Below, in pieces: positions 1 to 9,749 of a DNA stretch of 15,537 bases. Position numbers and translations under genes: made by a program. The stretch's first letter is position 1. Each line of letters opens with the position of its first letter. The stretch comes from Candidatus Heimdallarchaeota archaeon (GTDB taxonomy: Archaea; Asgardarchaeota; Heimdallarchaeia; Heimdallarchaeales; Heimdallarchaeaceae): positions 1 to 15,537 of the forward strand of contig JAEOSZ010000039.1 in the NCBI GenBank assembly GCA_016840095.1, written 5' to 3'. The notes under the pieces were generated by a model, which ran no database searches, was not told the DNA's origin, and saw nothing but the letters and a program-made list of their open reading frames with translations.

Positions 1-10
1 AAAGAAGTTT

Positions 11-583
11 TCAATAATTGGCAACTATTTCTTTATGTTTAAAACAATCCACTAGGTGATCATTCACCATACCTACTGCTTGCATGAATGCATAGATGAT
101 AGTGCTACCTACAAACTTCATTCCTCTCCTTTTCAAATCCTTCGAAATTGCATCAGAAATTTCAGTAGTAGCTGGAACCTCTTTCCAAGACTTAAAATTG
201 TTATTTATTGGTTTGCTATCAACAAATTTCCAGATATAATTACTAAAAGAACCAAATTCTTTACGTATTTTTAGAAAAACTTGAGCATTGAGTATTGCTG
301 AGTTAACTTTCAGTTTATTTCTTATTATTCCTTTATCTTGTAGTAAACTCTCAATTTTCTTCTCATTATATTTTGCTATTTTGTTAAAATCAAAATTATC
401 AAACGCTTTTCGATAACCCTCCCTTCGTCTAAGTATTGTCATCCAGTTTAATCCTGCTTGTGCCCCTTCTAGTAATATGAATTCAAAAAGTACTTTATCA
501 TCATAAACAGGGGTTCCCCATTCATTATCATGGTAATCTCGGGAAAGTTCGTCCTTGTTTCCCCAACATCTTTTAACATCCAT
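11..583 (-). CDS. tag: DNA-3-methyladenine glycosylase I
   Basis: TagI motifs RCW, YHDNEWG, LFE...LEGAQAGLNW, IIRNKLK and FVGSTIIYAFMQAVGMVNDHLVDC. Start moved from TTG 589 to ATG 583 because the SD-like AGGTGG (591-596) is better spaced for it. Confidence 0.93.
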   Translation of the reverse strand: MDVKRCWGNKDELSRDYHDNEWGTPVYDDKVLFEFILLEGAQAGLNWMTILRRREGYRKAFDNFDFNKIAKYNEKKIESLLQDKGIIRNKLKVNSAILNAQVFLKIRKEFGSFSNYIWKFVDSKPINNNFKSWKEVPATTEISDAISKDLKRRGMKFVGSTIIYAFMQAVGMVNDHLVDCFKHKEIVANY

Positions 584-650
584 ATACAATCCACCTATAT
601 TCTAAATCAAAAGTTTTCAGAATATAAACACAAGAATCTATCAATTTTTC

Positions 651-845
651 TCAATAATTTTTACCTTTTAGGATAAGGTAATCAACCCATTTCCAGGGGC
701 TGTTCTTTGCAGCTCTTCCATAAATGCTTCTGGAAGGCTTCTTGCTGACTGCCTGAACTTCCTTTTCTTCGCAACGTTCATCATAGAATCGTTTAGCTCG
801 TCTGTTCGATTTTTGCTCAGTATGCTGTTCAGTCAGCTTATTCAC
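651..845 (-). CDS. Small basic hypothetical protein (64 aa, GTG start, possibly leaderless)
   Basis: Open frame co-oriented with tag. TATA-like TTTATTT about 28-34 nt upstream of the GTG. No recognisable family. Confidence 0.4.
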   Translation of the reverse strand: MNKLTEQHTEQKSNRRAKRFYDERCEEKEVQAVSKKPSRSIYGRAAKNSPWKWVDYLILKGKNY

Positions 846-937
846 TTCAAAGAAACAATTAATCTTTCATAGAAATAAAGGTTTGGTATAAGATTTGAGA
901 AATAAATAAAAGGAAGAAAAGAATGAAACTCCTTTTT

Positions 938-1093
938 CTAGATTTTTAGCATGTTAAACATCCGTTTTCGAGCTCTCATAATGCTGACCAAGAAAATCAT
1001 TGGAATAACAGAGAAAATATAATTCCAGGATGTTTTTTCAGGTATATCTTCAATTAAGTAAAAATTGTAGATGTCACTTGAATAGAAGAAATT
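938..1093 (-). pseudogene. 3' remnant of a surface-protein gene with a C-terminal membrane anchor
   Basis: Manual translation gives NFFYSSDIYNFYLIEDIPEKTSWNYIFSVIPMIFLVSIMRARKRMFNMLKI*: polar linker, hydrophobic segment, basic RARKR tail. Bounded upstream by an in-frame TGA (1094-1096), with no ATG before the hydrophobic segment. Confidence 0.45.
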
Positions 1094-1110
1094 TCACTCA
1101 AAATGAAGAA

Positions 1111-1126
1111 GAGAAAGGTTTATATA
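1111..1126 (+). promoter_or_regulatory. Archaeal BRE-TATA promoter of the hsp20-cdc48-regulator operon
   Basis: GAGAAAGG followed by TTTATATA (1119-1126). Predicted TSS about 1149-1151. Confidence 0.75.
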
Positions 1127-1139
1127 TCAGAAATAGACG

Positions 1140-1170
1140 TTTAGTATTGAACAAAAAGTCCAATACCAAA
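1140..1170 (+). promoter_or_regulatory. Palindromic operator (AC-N5-GT core), candidate Phr/HSR1-type heat-shock repressor site
   Basis: TTTAGTATTGAAC-AAAAA-GTCCAATACCAAA: 13-bp arms with 11/13 matching and a 5-nt spacer, overlapping the predicted TSS. Confidence 0.65.
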
Positions 1171-1201
1171 AGGTATATACTTTCAATTTATGGTGATTGA
1201 A

Positions 1202-1867
1202 ATGAAAGACAAGAAAGAGAAAGATAAAGAGGAATTTCCTCAAGGTTTCAATGAGGAATTCAGAAGTGTTCGTTTTTACTCCAATGCTAATGGAGTGGAA
1301 AAAGAGTACGGTTATGACTACAAACGTGATGCTGAAGGAAAAGAAGAATATCGTGAATTAGGCGAGATACCTGACGAATATGGGAAGGAATTCTTTGATA
1401 AAATTCAAGGCTTAGAACGATCTTTTAACTGGGATAATGATTTTTTCACCCGTTCTTTTGAAAGATTTGCCAGCATTTTCCCAGGATTAGATCGTTTAAT
1501 TGGAAATGTAGGTCGACCTAGACTTGTCAGTGGTGCAGAAGAAACTATAACAGCACCTAATCAAAAAGAAGATACGGATTACGAAGTAGCTTATGATCTT
1601 CAAGTTGACAAGAACAACAAAGAATTATATCTTATTGTTGAACTTCCAGGTTTTGACAAAGAGGATGTAAATCTGAAACTTGTCAAACAAGGATTAAAAC
1701 TTGAAGCAGATAATGCCAAGAAACAAATTGACACTAAAATTCCTATCCGATATACAATTGACAAAGAAAAGAAAATTTCAGCAACAATGAAAAACGGCAT
1801 TCTAGAAGTAAAACTTAAGCTCCTAGAAGCTGAAAATGGGAATGGAGAAGAAATTCCCATTAACTAA
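1202..1867 (+). CDS. hsp20: Small heat-shock protein (Hsp20/alpha-crystallin family) with a long N-terminal region
   Basis: C-terminal alpha-crystallin domain (LIVELPGFDKEDVNL, SATMKNGILEVKL) and terminal IPI (IXI) motif. SD GGTGA at 1192-1196 favours ATG 1202 over 1190. Confidence 0.9.
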   Translation: MKDKKEKDKEEFPQGFNEEFRSVRFYSNANGVEKEYGYDYKRDAEGKEEYRELGEIPDEYGKEFFDKIQGLERSFNWDNDFFTRSFERFASIFPGLDRLIGNVGRPRLVSGAEETITAPNQKEDTDYEVAYDLQVDKNNKELYLIVELPGFDKEDVNLKLVKQGLKLEADNAKKQIDTKIPIRYTIDKEKKISATMKNGILEVKLKLLEAENGNGEEIPIN

Positions 1868-1878
1868 TTTTAATGTAA

Positions 1879-4119
<2,241 letters not shown>

Positions 4120-4149
4120 ACCCCCCCTCCATATTACTAAGGTGATAAA

Positions 4150-4881
4150 ATGCTAGAGAACACAGAAGAAAACCAAGAGTTAGATGTTTTTGAACTCTTA
4201 GATTTTCTATCAAATTCTACTAGAAGAAGAATTCTTGAATTACTAGCTGAGGAAGATCTTTATTCTTTTCAGCTTTCTAGATTACTAGATATTTCTCCGA
4301 GGATTATTGCAAAATATCTTTCTGAGCTTGAAAACATAGGTATTGTTTCAATGGTAGAAAGGGTTAGTGATAAAGGACCTATAAGAAGATATGCAAAGCT
4401 AAATCAAGCATTTTCTTTAATCATTGATGTAGGTCAAAATACCTTCAACGTCAAATACTTTCCTACAAGTGAAGTTTCTGAGAAACTAATTAAGGAAGAA
4501 CCAAAACAGAAGGAAGAGCTTAGAATTCAAGTTACAAAAGAGTTTGCTGAGATTAGAAAGTGTGTAAAAGAAAAGTTAAAATCCATTCAAACGCTTGATT
4601 CACAGAGAAAGGTTTTTGCTCAAGAGATTAACGATGCTTATATTAGATTCAATGAAATTGTGGAAAAAACAATTTACAATTATCATGATAGAGATATTAT
4701 TCGAAGTATTTTCAAATTATTGATAAATAAGCCTGAAAATAAAGTATCACTTACAGAATTGGCGAGTAGAACTAGAATATGGAGAGGAGATTTAGGAAAA
4801 AGACTTGATCAACTAGCTAGTGAAACAAACTTCATTACATTAGAAAAAGATAGAAGAGGAGAAGTTTGGTATTCTATCTAA
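4150..4881 (+). CDS. ArsR-family wHTH regulator, Phr/HSR1-like heat-shock repressor
   Basis: LLDFLSNSTRRRILELL...LSRLLDIS...LSELENIGIV...KGPIRRY matches the Phr-type N-terminal wHTH. Helical/coiled-coil middle and a second HTH-like C-terminus (SLTELASRT...LDQL...WYSI). SD AGGTGA. Adjacent to hsp20 and cdc48. Confidence 0.8.
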   Translation: MLENTEENQELDVFELLDFLSNSTRRRILELLAEEDLYSFQLSRLLDISPRIIAKYLSELENIGIVSMVERVSDKGPIRRYAKLNQAFSLIIDVGQNTFNVKYFPTSEVSEKLIKEEPKQKEELRIQVTKEFAEIRKCVKEKLKSIQTLDSQRKVFAQEINDAYIRFNEIVEKTIYNYHDRDIIRSIFKLLINKPENKVSLTELASRTRIWRGDLGKRLDQLASETNFITLEKDRRGEVWYSI

Positions 4882-4921
4882 TTTTTTATATTCTCTATTC
4901 TAAATTTTCTTTTGAATAAAA

Positions 4922-6274
4922 TTGACTCAAAAGAGAGAAATAGTTCTTCATATCGGCTTTGATGATACAGATTCTCTAAAAGGAAGCTGTACGACTCATC
5001 TAGCTACGAAAATAATTGAACAGATTTTTAATCGAGTCACGTTTATTGATTATCCTCGTCTTATTAGGAACAATCCAAATGTTCCTTGGAAAACTAGAGG
5101 AAATGGAGCTATTGGTCTCTCAATTAAAGCAAAAGAGGGGGAAATTATCGAACTCACTAGTGAAATTAAGTCTCTTATAGAGAGCTATTACCAACCTGAT
5201 GAAAATACAAATCCAGGATTGGTTGTAATTAAAGATGAGGTACCAGAAATAATCAAACAATTCTCTAAAAGAGCATTGATTGAAGTAATCTCCATTAGTG
5301 AAGCAAAAGAAATAGCATCTAAATATTGTTTTAGTCATTTTTTTATTGGTAATGGTAGAGGTTTAATTGGAGGTCTTGCTGCAATTGGTAATACTTTAGA
5401 TCCACTTAAAGAAGATTTTACTTATGAGATTCTAACTTATAGATTACCAGAAAATTATGGAACAAAAAGGAGATTGGAAGAAGAAACTGTATATGTGATG
5501 GACAGTAAATTATCTCCAGAAGTTTTCAATAATATAGATGAAGAAACAAACAAAATTCTAATTTGTCCTGCTGGACCAGATCCTGTTTTTTATGGTATTA
5601 GGGGAGAAGAAGCAGACAAATTGTTAGAAGCAATGTATATTGTAAAATCAAAAGAACCTTTGGATAGTTTTTGTATTTTTAGAACTAATCAAGGAACTGA
5701 TCAACATTTTAATTATGCTGACCACCAAATAGAAGATTTTAGAGTCTTCAATGGAATTATTCGAATTACAAATAAACCTCGAGCACTTATTGGTGGTCAC
5801 ATAATTCTACAGGGGAAAATAGAACAAAGTGAGAAACTTGTTGATTTAGCAGCTTTTGAACCTAGTAAAAGTTTCAAGAGAAAAATAAACAATTTGCTTC
5901 CTAATGACAGAATTTTGGCCTATGGTGGTGTAAAATATAAGAAGGAATTTAAAAACTATACAATTCAATTAGAGAAATGCGAAGTTCTTACTATTTCCAA
6001 TCATTACGTAGAATCTTCTCCTTATTGCCCCAAATGTAGTAAAAGAATGACAAGTGCAGGTCGTAATAAAGGTCACAAATGCAAGAACTGTGGATTCAAA
6101 GATTCAAATACTCAGAAAATCAAAACCAAGATTGATAGAGAAATTCAAACTGAACTTTTAATTCCACCAGCACAAGCTCAGAGACATTTAGTAAAACCAC
6201 ATAGGAGATACTCTGTGAAGAGAAAGAAGAGTATTGAATTTATTGAAAATTGGTGGAAAAAATATCCTAAATGA
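4922..6274 (+). CDS. tiaS: tRNA(Ile2) 2-agmatinylcytidine synthetase
   Basis: IGFDDTDS, CTTH, NPNVPWKTRGNGA, GRGLIG, DPVFYGIRG, TNQGTD, Zn ribbon CPKC/CKNC and RHL. TTG start. Confidence 0.95.
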   Translation: MTQKREIVLHIGFDDTDSLKGSCTTHLATKIIEQIFNRVTFIDYPRLIRNNPNVPWKTRGNGAIGLSIKAKEGEIIELTSEIKSLIESYYQPDENTNPGLVVIKDEVPEIIKQFSKRALIEVISISEAKEIASKYCFSHFFIGNGRGLIGGLAAIGNTLDPLKEDFTYEILTYRLPENYGTKRRLEEETVYVMDSKLSPEVFNNIDEETNKILICPAGPDPVFYGIRGEEADKLLEAMYIVKSKEPLDSFCIFRTNQGTDQHFNYADHQIEDFRVFNGIIRITNKPRALIGGHIILQGKIEQSEKLVDLAAFEPSKSFKRKINNLLPNDRILAYGGVKYKKEFKNYTIQLEKCEVLTISNHYVESSPYCPKCSKRMTSAGRNKGHKCKNCGFKDSNTQKIKTKIDREIQTELLIPPAQAQRHLVKPHRRYSVKRKKSIEFIENWWKKYPK

Positions 6275-6337
6275 CGAACATAAGCCCTAGGATAATTCAA
6301 GAACACGCTGAGTATGGTTGAAAAGTTGCAACTCAGC
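6257..6337 (-). ncRNA. Candidate two-hairpin small RNA, antisense to the tiaS 3' end
   Basis: TTAAATA box (6361-6367, minus) 24 nt before a 7-bp stem GCUGAGU/ACUCAGC, a second stem UAUCCUA/UAGGAUA, then U6. Strand and expression unproven. Confidence 0.3.
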
Positions 6338-6381
6338 TAAAAGAGAAGAGATCATTAAAATATTTAATTTATCTCGTGGAT

Positions 6382-8190
6382 TTACCATCCCCAAAACTTG
6401 GAGACATTTTTCCTCTTAATTTCAGCAAATTCTTCTAAAACCTTGATATCATCCGGGGAAATCATATCGCTATATTTCTTCATAAGTAAAACAGCGTGTT
6501 TTTCAGGAACATCAACATATAATGAATCCTCTTCTTTGATTTGCCTACCAACGGTGGGCCCTCTAATAGAGATTGCGACTTGTTTTCCCTTTGTTGCTTC
6601 TCTGATTGTCTCTTGGTTATCTTGTATTTGACGGATTCTTCCTACTCTTTGACCATCTTCTCTAATAAGCATTTGAGTAGTTTGAATTCTACCGCCTAAG
6701 ACTTCTATCCCAACAATTGCTGGTTTATTGGCACGAAAAGTATGATTGGGTAAGATAGTAATTTTTCCAGGCATTGTTAAATCTTTGAGAGATTCAACTT
6801 TAATAGAGTCTCTTGTATCTATCATCCATCTTTCAAATTTATCAATAAGTTGGTAAATAACTCTCTCTTGAAAGACTTGTATACCGTTGATTTCTACTTC
6901 TTCTTGTGCATCAACAAGTACATTTACATTGAAACATAAAATTGCTGCATATTCAGGAGTTTTGTTTGCAACAATTGCTGCATCGATAACATCAATCTTT
7001 GTGACATCACCAACATCAGCTTTCTGAATAGGGATGTTTTTCTCCTTTAACATATCTACTAGAGCTTCTAAACTCCCTAGAGTATCGACTTTCAGAATAA
7101 CACCATTAGTATCCGTCTCAATCCTAAAACTTTCCAGTTCTTCCTCAACCTCTTTGTAAACCTCTTCTTCTCTTCCTTTTGGTGCTACACGAATGGGAGC
7201 TCCAGCTAACGCATCATCAAGACCATGTGCAGCAATTTTAACACCCGCTGAAGCGTAGATTTGCTCAACTCCCTTAAATTTATCCTTTGGATCCCTCATT
7301 TCATCCAATTCTTTAGGTTCAAGTAGAGCCCGAATTTTTAACAAAGCAGGTTTTTCTCTCCCACCTACAACAATTTGATCGCTTTTTTTTATAACTCCAT
7401 CATAAAGAATTACATCAATAGTTGTTCCCAATCCTTCCTCATCTTTCACTTCAAGAACAGTACCTATACCTGGACCTTCACTGTATTCCAGTTTTTGCAT
7501 CATAAATTGTTGTGTTAATCCTGCTAGAACTAAGAATAGATCTGGAATTCCTTCACCAGTTGTGGCACTAGTTGGAACAATGGCAATAGCTTTTCTAAAA
7601 TCCTTAACTTGGTCATATCTGAAACCTTCCATTTTCATTTCAGATAATTCTCCCATAATTTCATAGATTCTATTGTCCATATCCTCTTTAGCTTTTGAAA
7701 TTTGTTTAGCATAAGTTTCAGCAAAAGTAGCACCAGGATTTGATTTCCATGCAGAAATTCTATCGATTTTATTAGCTGCAATGATGAAGGGAGTTTTACG
7801 AGCTCTTAAAATATCAAGGGATTCGTAAGTTTGAGCCTGAAAACCTCTTGTCACATCAACAACAAGTATTGCAATATCTGCAACAGATGCCCCCCTTTTC
7901 CTGAGATTCATAAAGGCAGCATGTCCAGGTGTATCAACAATTAACAAACCCGGGATACCTAGTTCAATTTTTGTGTCTTTCATCAAAGGACCACATACAT
8001 CAATGATTGTCTGCGATGGAAAGAAGGATGCCCCAACGTGTTGTGTGATACCAGCTGCTTCTCTGGCTTGAACTGCAGTTCCTCTTACAGTATCTAATAG
8101 ACTTGTTTTTCCAGAATCTACGTGACCTAAAATGACTCCTATTGGACTTCTCAATCTTTTACCAGTATCAGCATCAATTACTCTTGACAT
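6382..8190 (-). CDS. infB: Translation initiation factor aIF5B (IF-2)
   Basis: LRSPIGVILGHVDSGKT, AGITQHVGA, DTPGH, NKID, DTLGSLEAL. SD AGGTGA at 8197-8202. No intein. Confidence 0.97.
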   Translation of the reverse strand: MSRVIDADTGKRLRSPIGVILGHVDSGKTSLLDTVRGTAVQAREAAGITQHVGASFFPSQTIIDVCGPLMKDTKIELGIPGLLIVDTPGHAAFMNLRKRGASVADIAILVVDVTRGFQAQTYESLDILRARKTPFIIAANKIDRISAWKSNPGATFAETYAKQISKAKEDMDNRIYEIMGELSEMKMEGFRYDQVKDFRKAIAIVPTSATTGEGIPDLFLVLAGLTQQFMMQKLEYSEGPGIGTVLEVKDEEGLGTTIDVILYDGVIKKSDQIVVGGREKPALLKIRALLEPKELDEMRDPKDKFKGVEQIYASAGVKIAAHGLDDALAGAPIRVAPKGREEEVYKEVEEELESFRIETDTNGVILKVDTLGSLEALVDMLKEKNIPIQKADVGDVTKIDVIDAAIVANKTPEYAAILCFNVNVLVDAQEEVEINGIQVFQERVIYQLIDKFERWMIDTRDSIKVESLKDLTMPGKITILPNHTFRANKPAIVGIEVLGGRIQTTQMLIREDGQRVGRIRQIQDNQETIREATKGKQVAISIRGPTVGRQIKEEDSLYVDVPEKHAVLLMKKYSDMISPDDIKVLEEFAEIKRKNVSKFWGW

Positions 8191-8301
8191 TAACTTTCAC
8201 CTAGAAATTGCTCTATTCTTAAAGAAATCTCAAATATTTCAAATAAAAAGAAATTGGTTGAACATAGTTTTGAAAAAAATAATTGAAAACTAAAAGGATG
8301 G

Positions 8302-8751
8302 TTATTCGTATAACCATTCTTTATCGATTTTAGTGTAATTTGAAAATTCTGTTTCATCAAAGTAGATTTTATATTCCACAATTGCATTTTCTGGTGAATC
8401 TCCAGCATGAATGATGTTTCTTCCGATTTCTAGAGCATAGTCACCTCTAATTGACCCGGGTTCTGCATCTGCTGGGTTTGTAGCACCTACAATTTTTCTA
8501 GTAATCTTTACTGTATCTTTTCCTTCTACTACCATTGCAACAACTGGTCCACTTGTGATGTATTCTAACAATCCCTCATAGAAGGGTTTTCCCTTATGAA
8601 TAGCATAATGTTCTTCTGCTTGAGCCATTGTGACAGTAATCATTTTCAATCCAATAATTTTGAACCCTACATTTTCAATTCTTTGGATTACTTGTCCAAC
8701 AAGCCCCCTTTGAACACCATCTGGTTTAATCATGATAAATTCTCGTTCCAA
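8302..8751 (-). CDS. ndk: Nucleoside diphosphate kinase
   Basis: ERxFIMIKPDGVQRGLVG, HY, SGPVVAMV, GATNP, PGSIRGDY, RNIIHAGD. Start reassigned to TTG 8751 behind SD AAGGTG (8758-8763), giving 149 aa. Confidence 0.95.
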   Translation of the reverse strand: MEREFIMIKPDGVQRGLVGQVIQRIENVGFKIIGLKMITVTMAQAEEHYAIHKGKPFYEGLLEYITSGPVVAMVVEGKDTVKITRKIVGATNPADAEPGSIRGDYALEIGRNIIHAGDSPENAIVEYKIYFDETEFSNYTKIDKEWLYE

Positions 8752-8872
8752 TTTATACACCTTATTTTTGTAACGAATATCTATTGTGAGAATAAAAATT
8801 AATTGATTCAACCATGATGTCTTCGAATTAGGATAAAAAATAAAATCTAAAAAAAGATTGTTGAGGAAAGGA

Positions 8873-9061
8873 CTACATAATTTTCCTTTCGTATCTCTCT
8901 GTCCACTTTAGTTTCTTTGGATCTCGTTTAAGAACTAGTTGAGATTTTTTACACTTATTTGAACAGAAATAGAGTACTGAACCTGTTCTTTGAACAAAGA
9001 GTATACCACAGCCAGGTTCTATTTCTTTTCCACAGTATGAGCATTTTTGTGTTCTTGGCAT
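8873..9061 (-). CDS. rpl24e: 50S ribosomal protein L24e
   Basis: CSYCGKEIEPGCG...FCSNKC...RDPKKLKWT in the conserved rpl7ae-rps28e-rpl24e-ndk order. Confidence 0.95.
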   Translation of the reverse strand: MPRTQKCSYCGKEIEPGCGILFVQRTGSVLYFCSNKCKKSQLVLKRDPKKLKWTERYERKIM

Positions 9062-9070
9062 CGTCTATCA

Positions 9071-9292
9071 CTACCTTCTACGTATCTTTTTAGCTTCTCT
9101 TTCAGTTTCTCTGAGCATGATGACATCTCCTTTCCTAACAGGACCCTTTAGATTTCGTGTTAGGATTCTGTTTTTATCTCTGCCTTCAAGAACCTTAACT
9201 CGTGCTTGGGTAACTTCCCCTACACTTCCAGTTCGTGCTAACACTTGAATAACTTCAGCAGGAGTTGCATCTACTTCATCTCGACCGCTCAT
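9071..9292 (-). CDS. rps28e: 30S ribosomal protein S28e
   Basis: [18 protein letters not shown]...[11 protein letters not shown]...LRETEREA. The GTG at 9301 lies within the SD, so ATG 9292 is preferred. Confidence 0.95.
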   Translation of the reverse strand: MSGRDEVDATPAEVIQVLARTGSVGEVTQARVKVLEGRDKNRILTRNLKGPVRKGDVIMLRETEREAKKIRRR

Positions 9293-9306
9293 TTTTTTCA
9301 CCTAGC

Positions 9307-9666
9307 TTATTTCTTGAGTTCCTTCAATTTGTTACTCAATCCTTTGATAGATTGTTTTGCTTCACCGCCGTCTACAACTGCGATAGAAGCAGAACCTACT
9401 TTCAAACCTGCAGCTTGTCCAAGTACTTCCTTTGTTGAAACAAAAGTATAAACAATGTCATTTTCTTCACAAAGAAGAGGTAAGTGCATGACTATTTCAG
9501 GTGGATCCACATCTTCAGCGATATAAACGATTAAAGCATGTTTTCTTTCAATTGCTTTTGTAACTTCGTTAGTTCCTTTTCTAATTTTTCCAGTTTTGGA
9601 AGAAGTTTCTAAGATGTTTAAAGATTCTTTAACAACTTCATCAGGAATTTCAAATTTCTTGTACAT
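9307..9666 (-). CDS. rpl7ae: Ribosomal protein L7Ae / K-turn-binding protein
   Basis: GKIRKGTNEVTKAIER, IAEDVDPPEIVMHLPLLCEE, LGQAAGL. Confidence 0.97.
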   Translation of the reverse strand: MYKKFEIPDEVVKESLNILETSSKTGKIRKGTNEVTKAIERKHALIVYIAEDVDPPEIVMHLPLLCEENDIVYTFVSTKEVLGQAAGLKVGSASIAVVDGGEAKQSIKGLSNKLKELKK

Positions 9667-9674
9667 TTTTTAAT

Positions 9675-9713
9675 TCACCTCGGGCACACAGATAATTGTG
9701 CCTTCATTAGGTA
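9675..9713 (-). promoter_or_regulatory. K-turn in the rpl7ae 5' UTR overlapping the Shine-Dalgarno
   Basis: mRNA UACCUAAUGAAGGCACA-AUUAUCUG-UGUGCCCGAGGUGA: GGCACA/UGUGCC stem, tandem G.A/A.G pairs, AAU bulge, ACC/GGU stem. SD GAGGUGA forms the 3' strand. Confidence 0.72.
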
Positions 9714-9732
9714 TGAAACACAACTGAGATTA

Positions 9733-9749
9733 GTTTAAAAGACTTATCT
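9733..9749 (-). promoter_or_regulatory. BRE-TATA promoter of the rpl7ae operon
   Basis: Minus-strand AGATAAGTC-TTTTAAAC. Predicted TSS about 9710-9714, at the start of the K-turn. Confidence 0.55.

Noticed and set aside
56-274. 72-aa plus-strand ORF
   Set aside because: Antisense shadow of tag with no motifs.
1168-1184. AAAAGGTATATACTTTC as a second promoter or operator
   Set aside because: Short AT-rich near-palindrome. The upstream BRE-TATA and the SD at 1192 already explain expression, and the sequence alone gives no further support.
6272-6337. tiaS TGA as selenocysteine readthrough with the downstream hairpin as a SECIS
   Set aside because: Readthrough adds only two further codons before TAA, and the hairpin lacks SECIS core features.
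6257-6337. tRNA or permuted tRNA (7-bp stem, GUUCG)
   Set aside because: No cloverleaf can be built: there is no D arm or anticodon arm, and GUUCG is not in a proper T arm.
8104-8127. aIF5B P-loop GHVDSGKT (Ser where bacteria have His and eukaryotes Thr)
   Set aside because: This position varies among archaeal aIF5B, so it is not diagnostic on its own.
8752-8811. 20-aa N-terminal extension of NDK in the ORF track
   Set aside because: SD position and family length support the start at TTG 8751.
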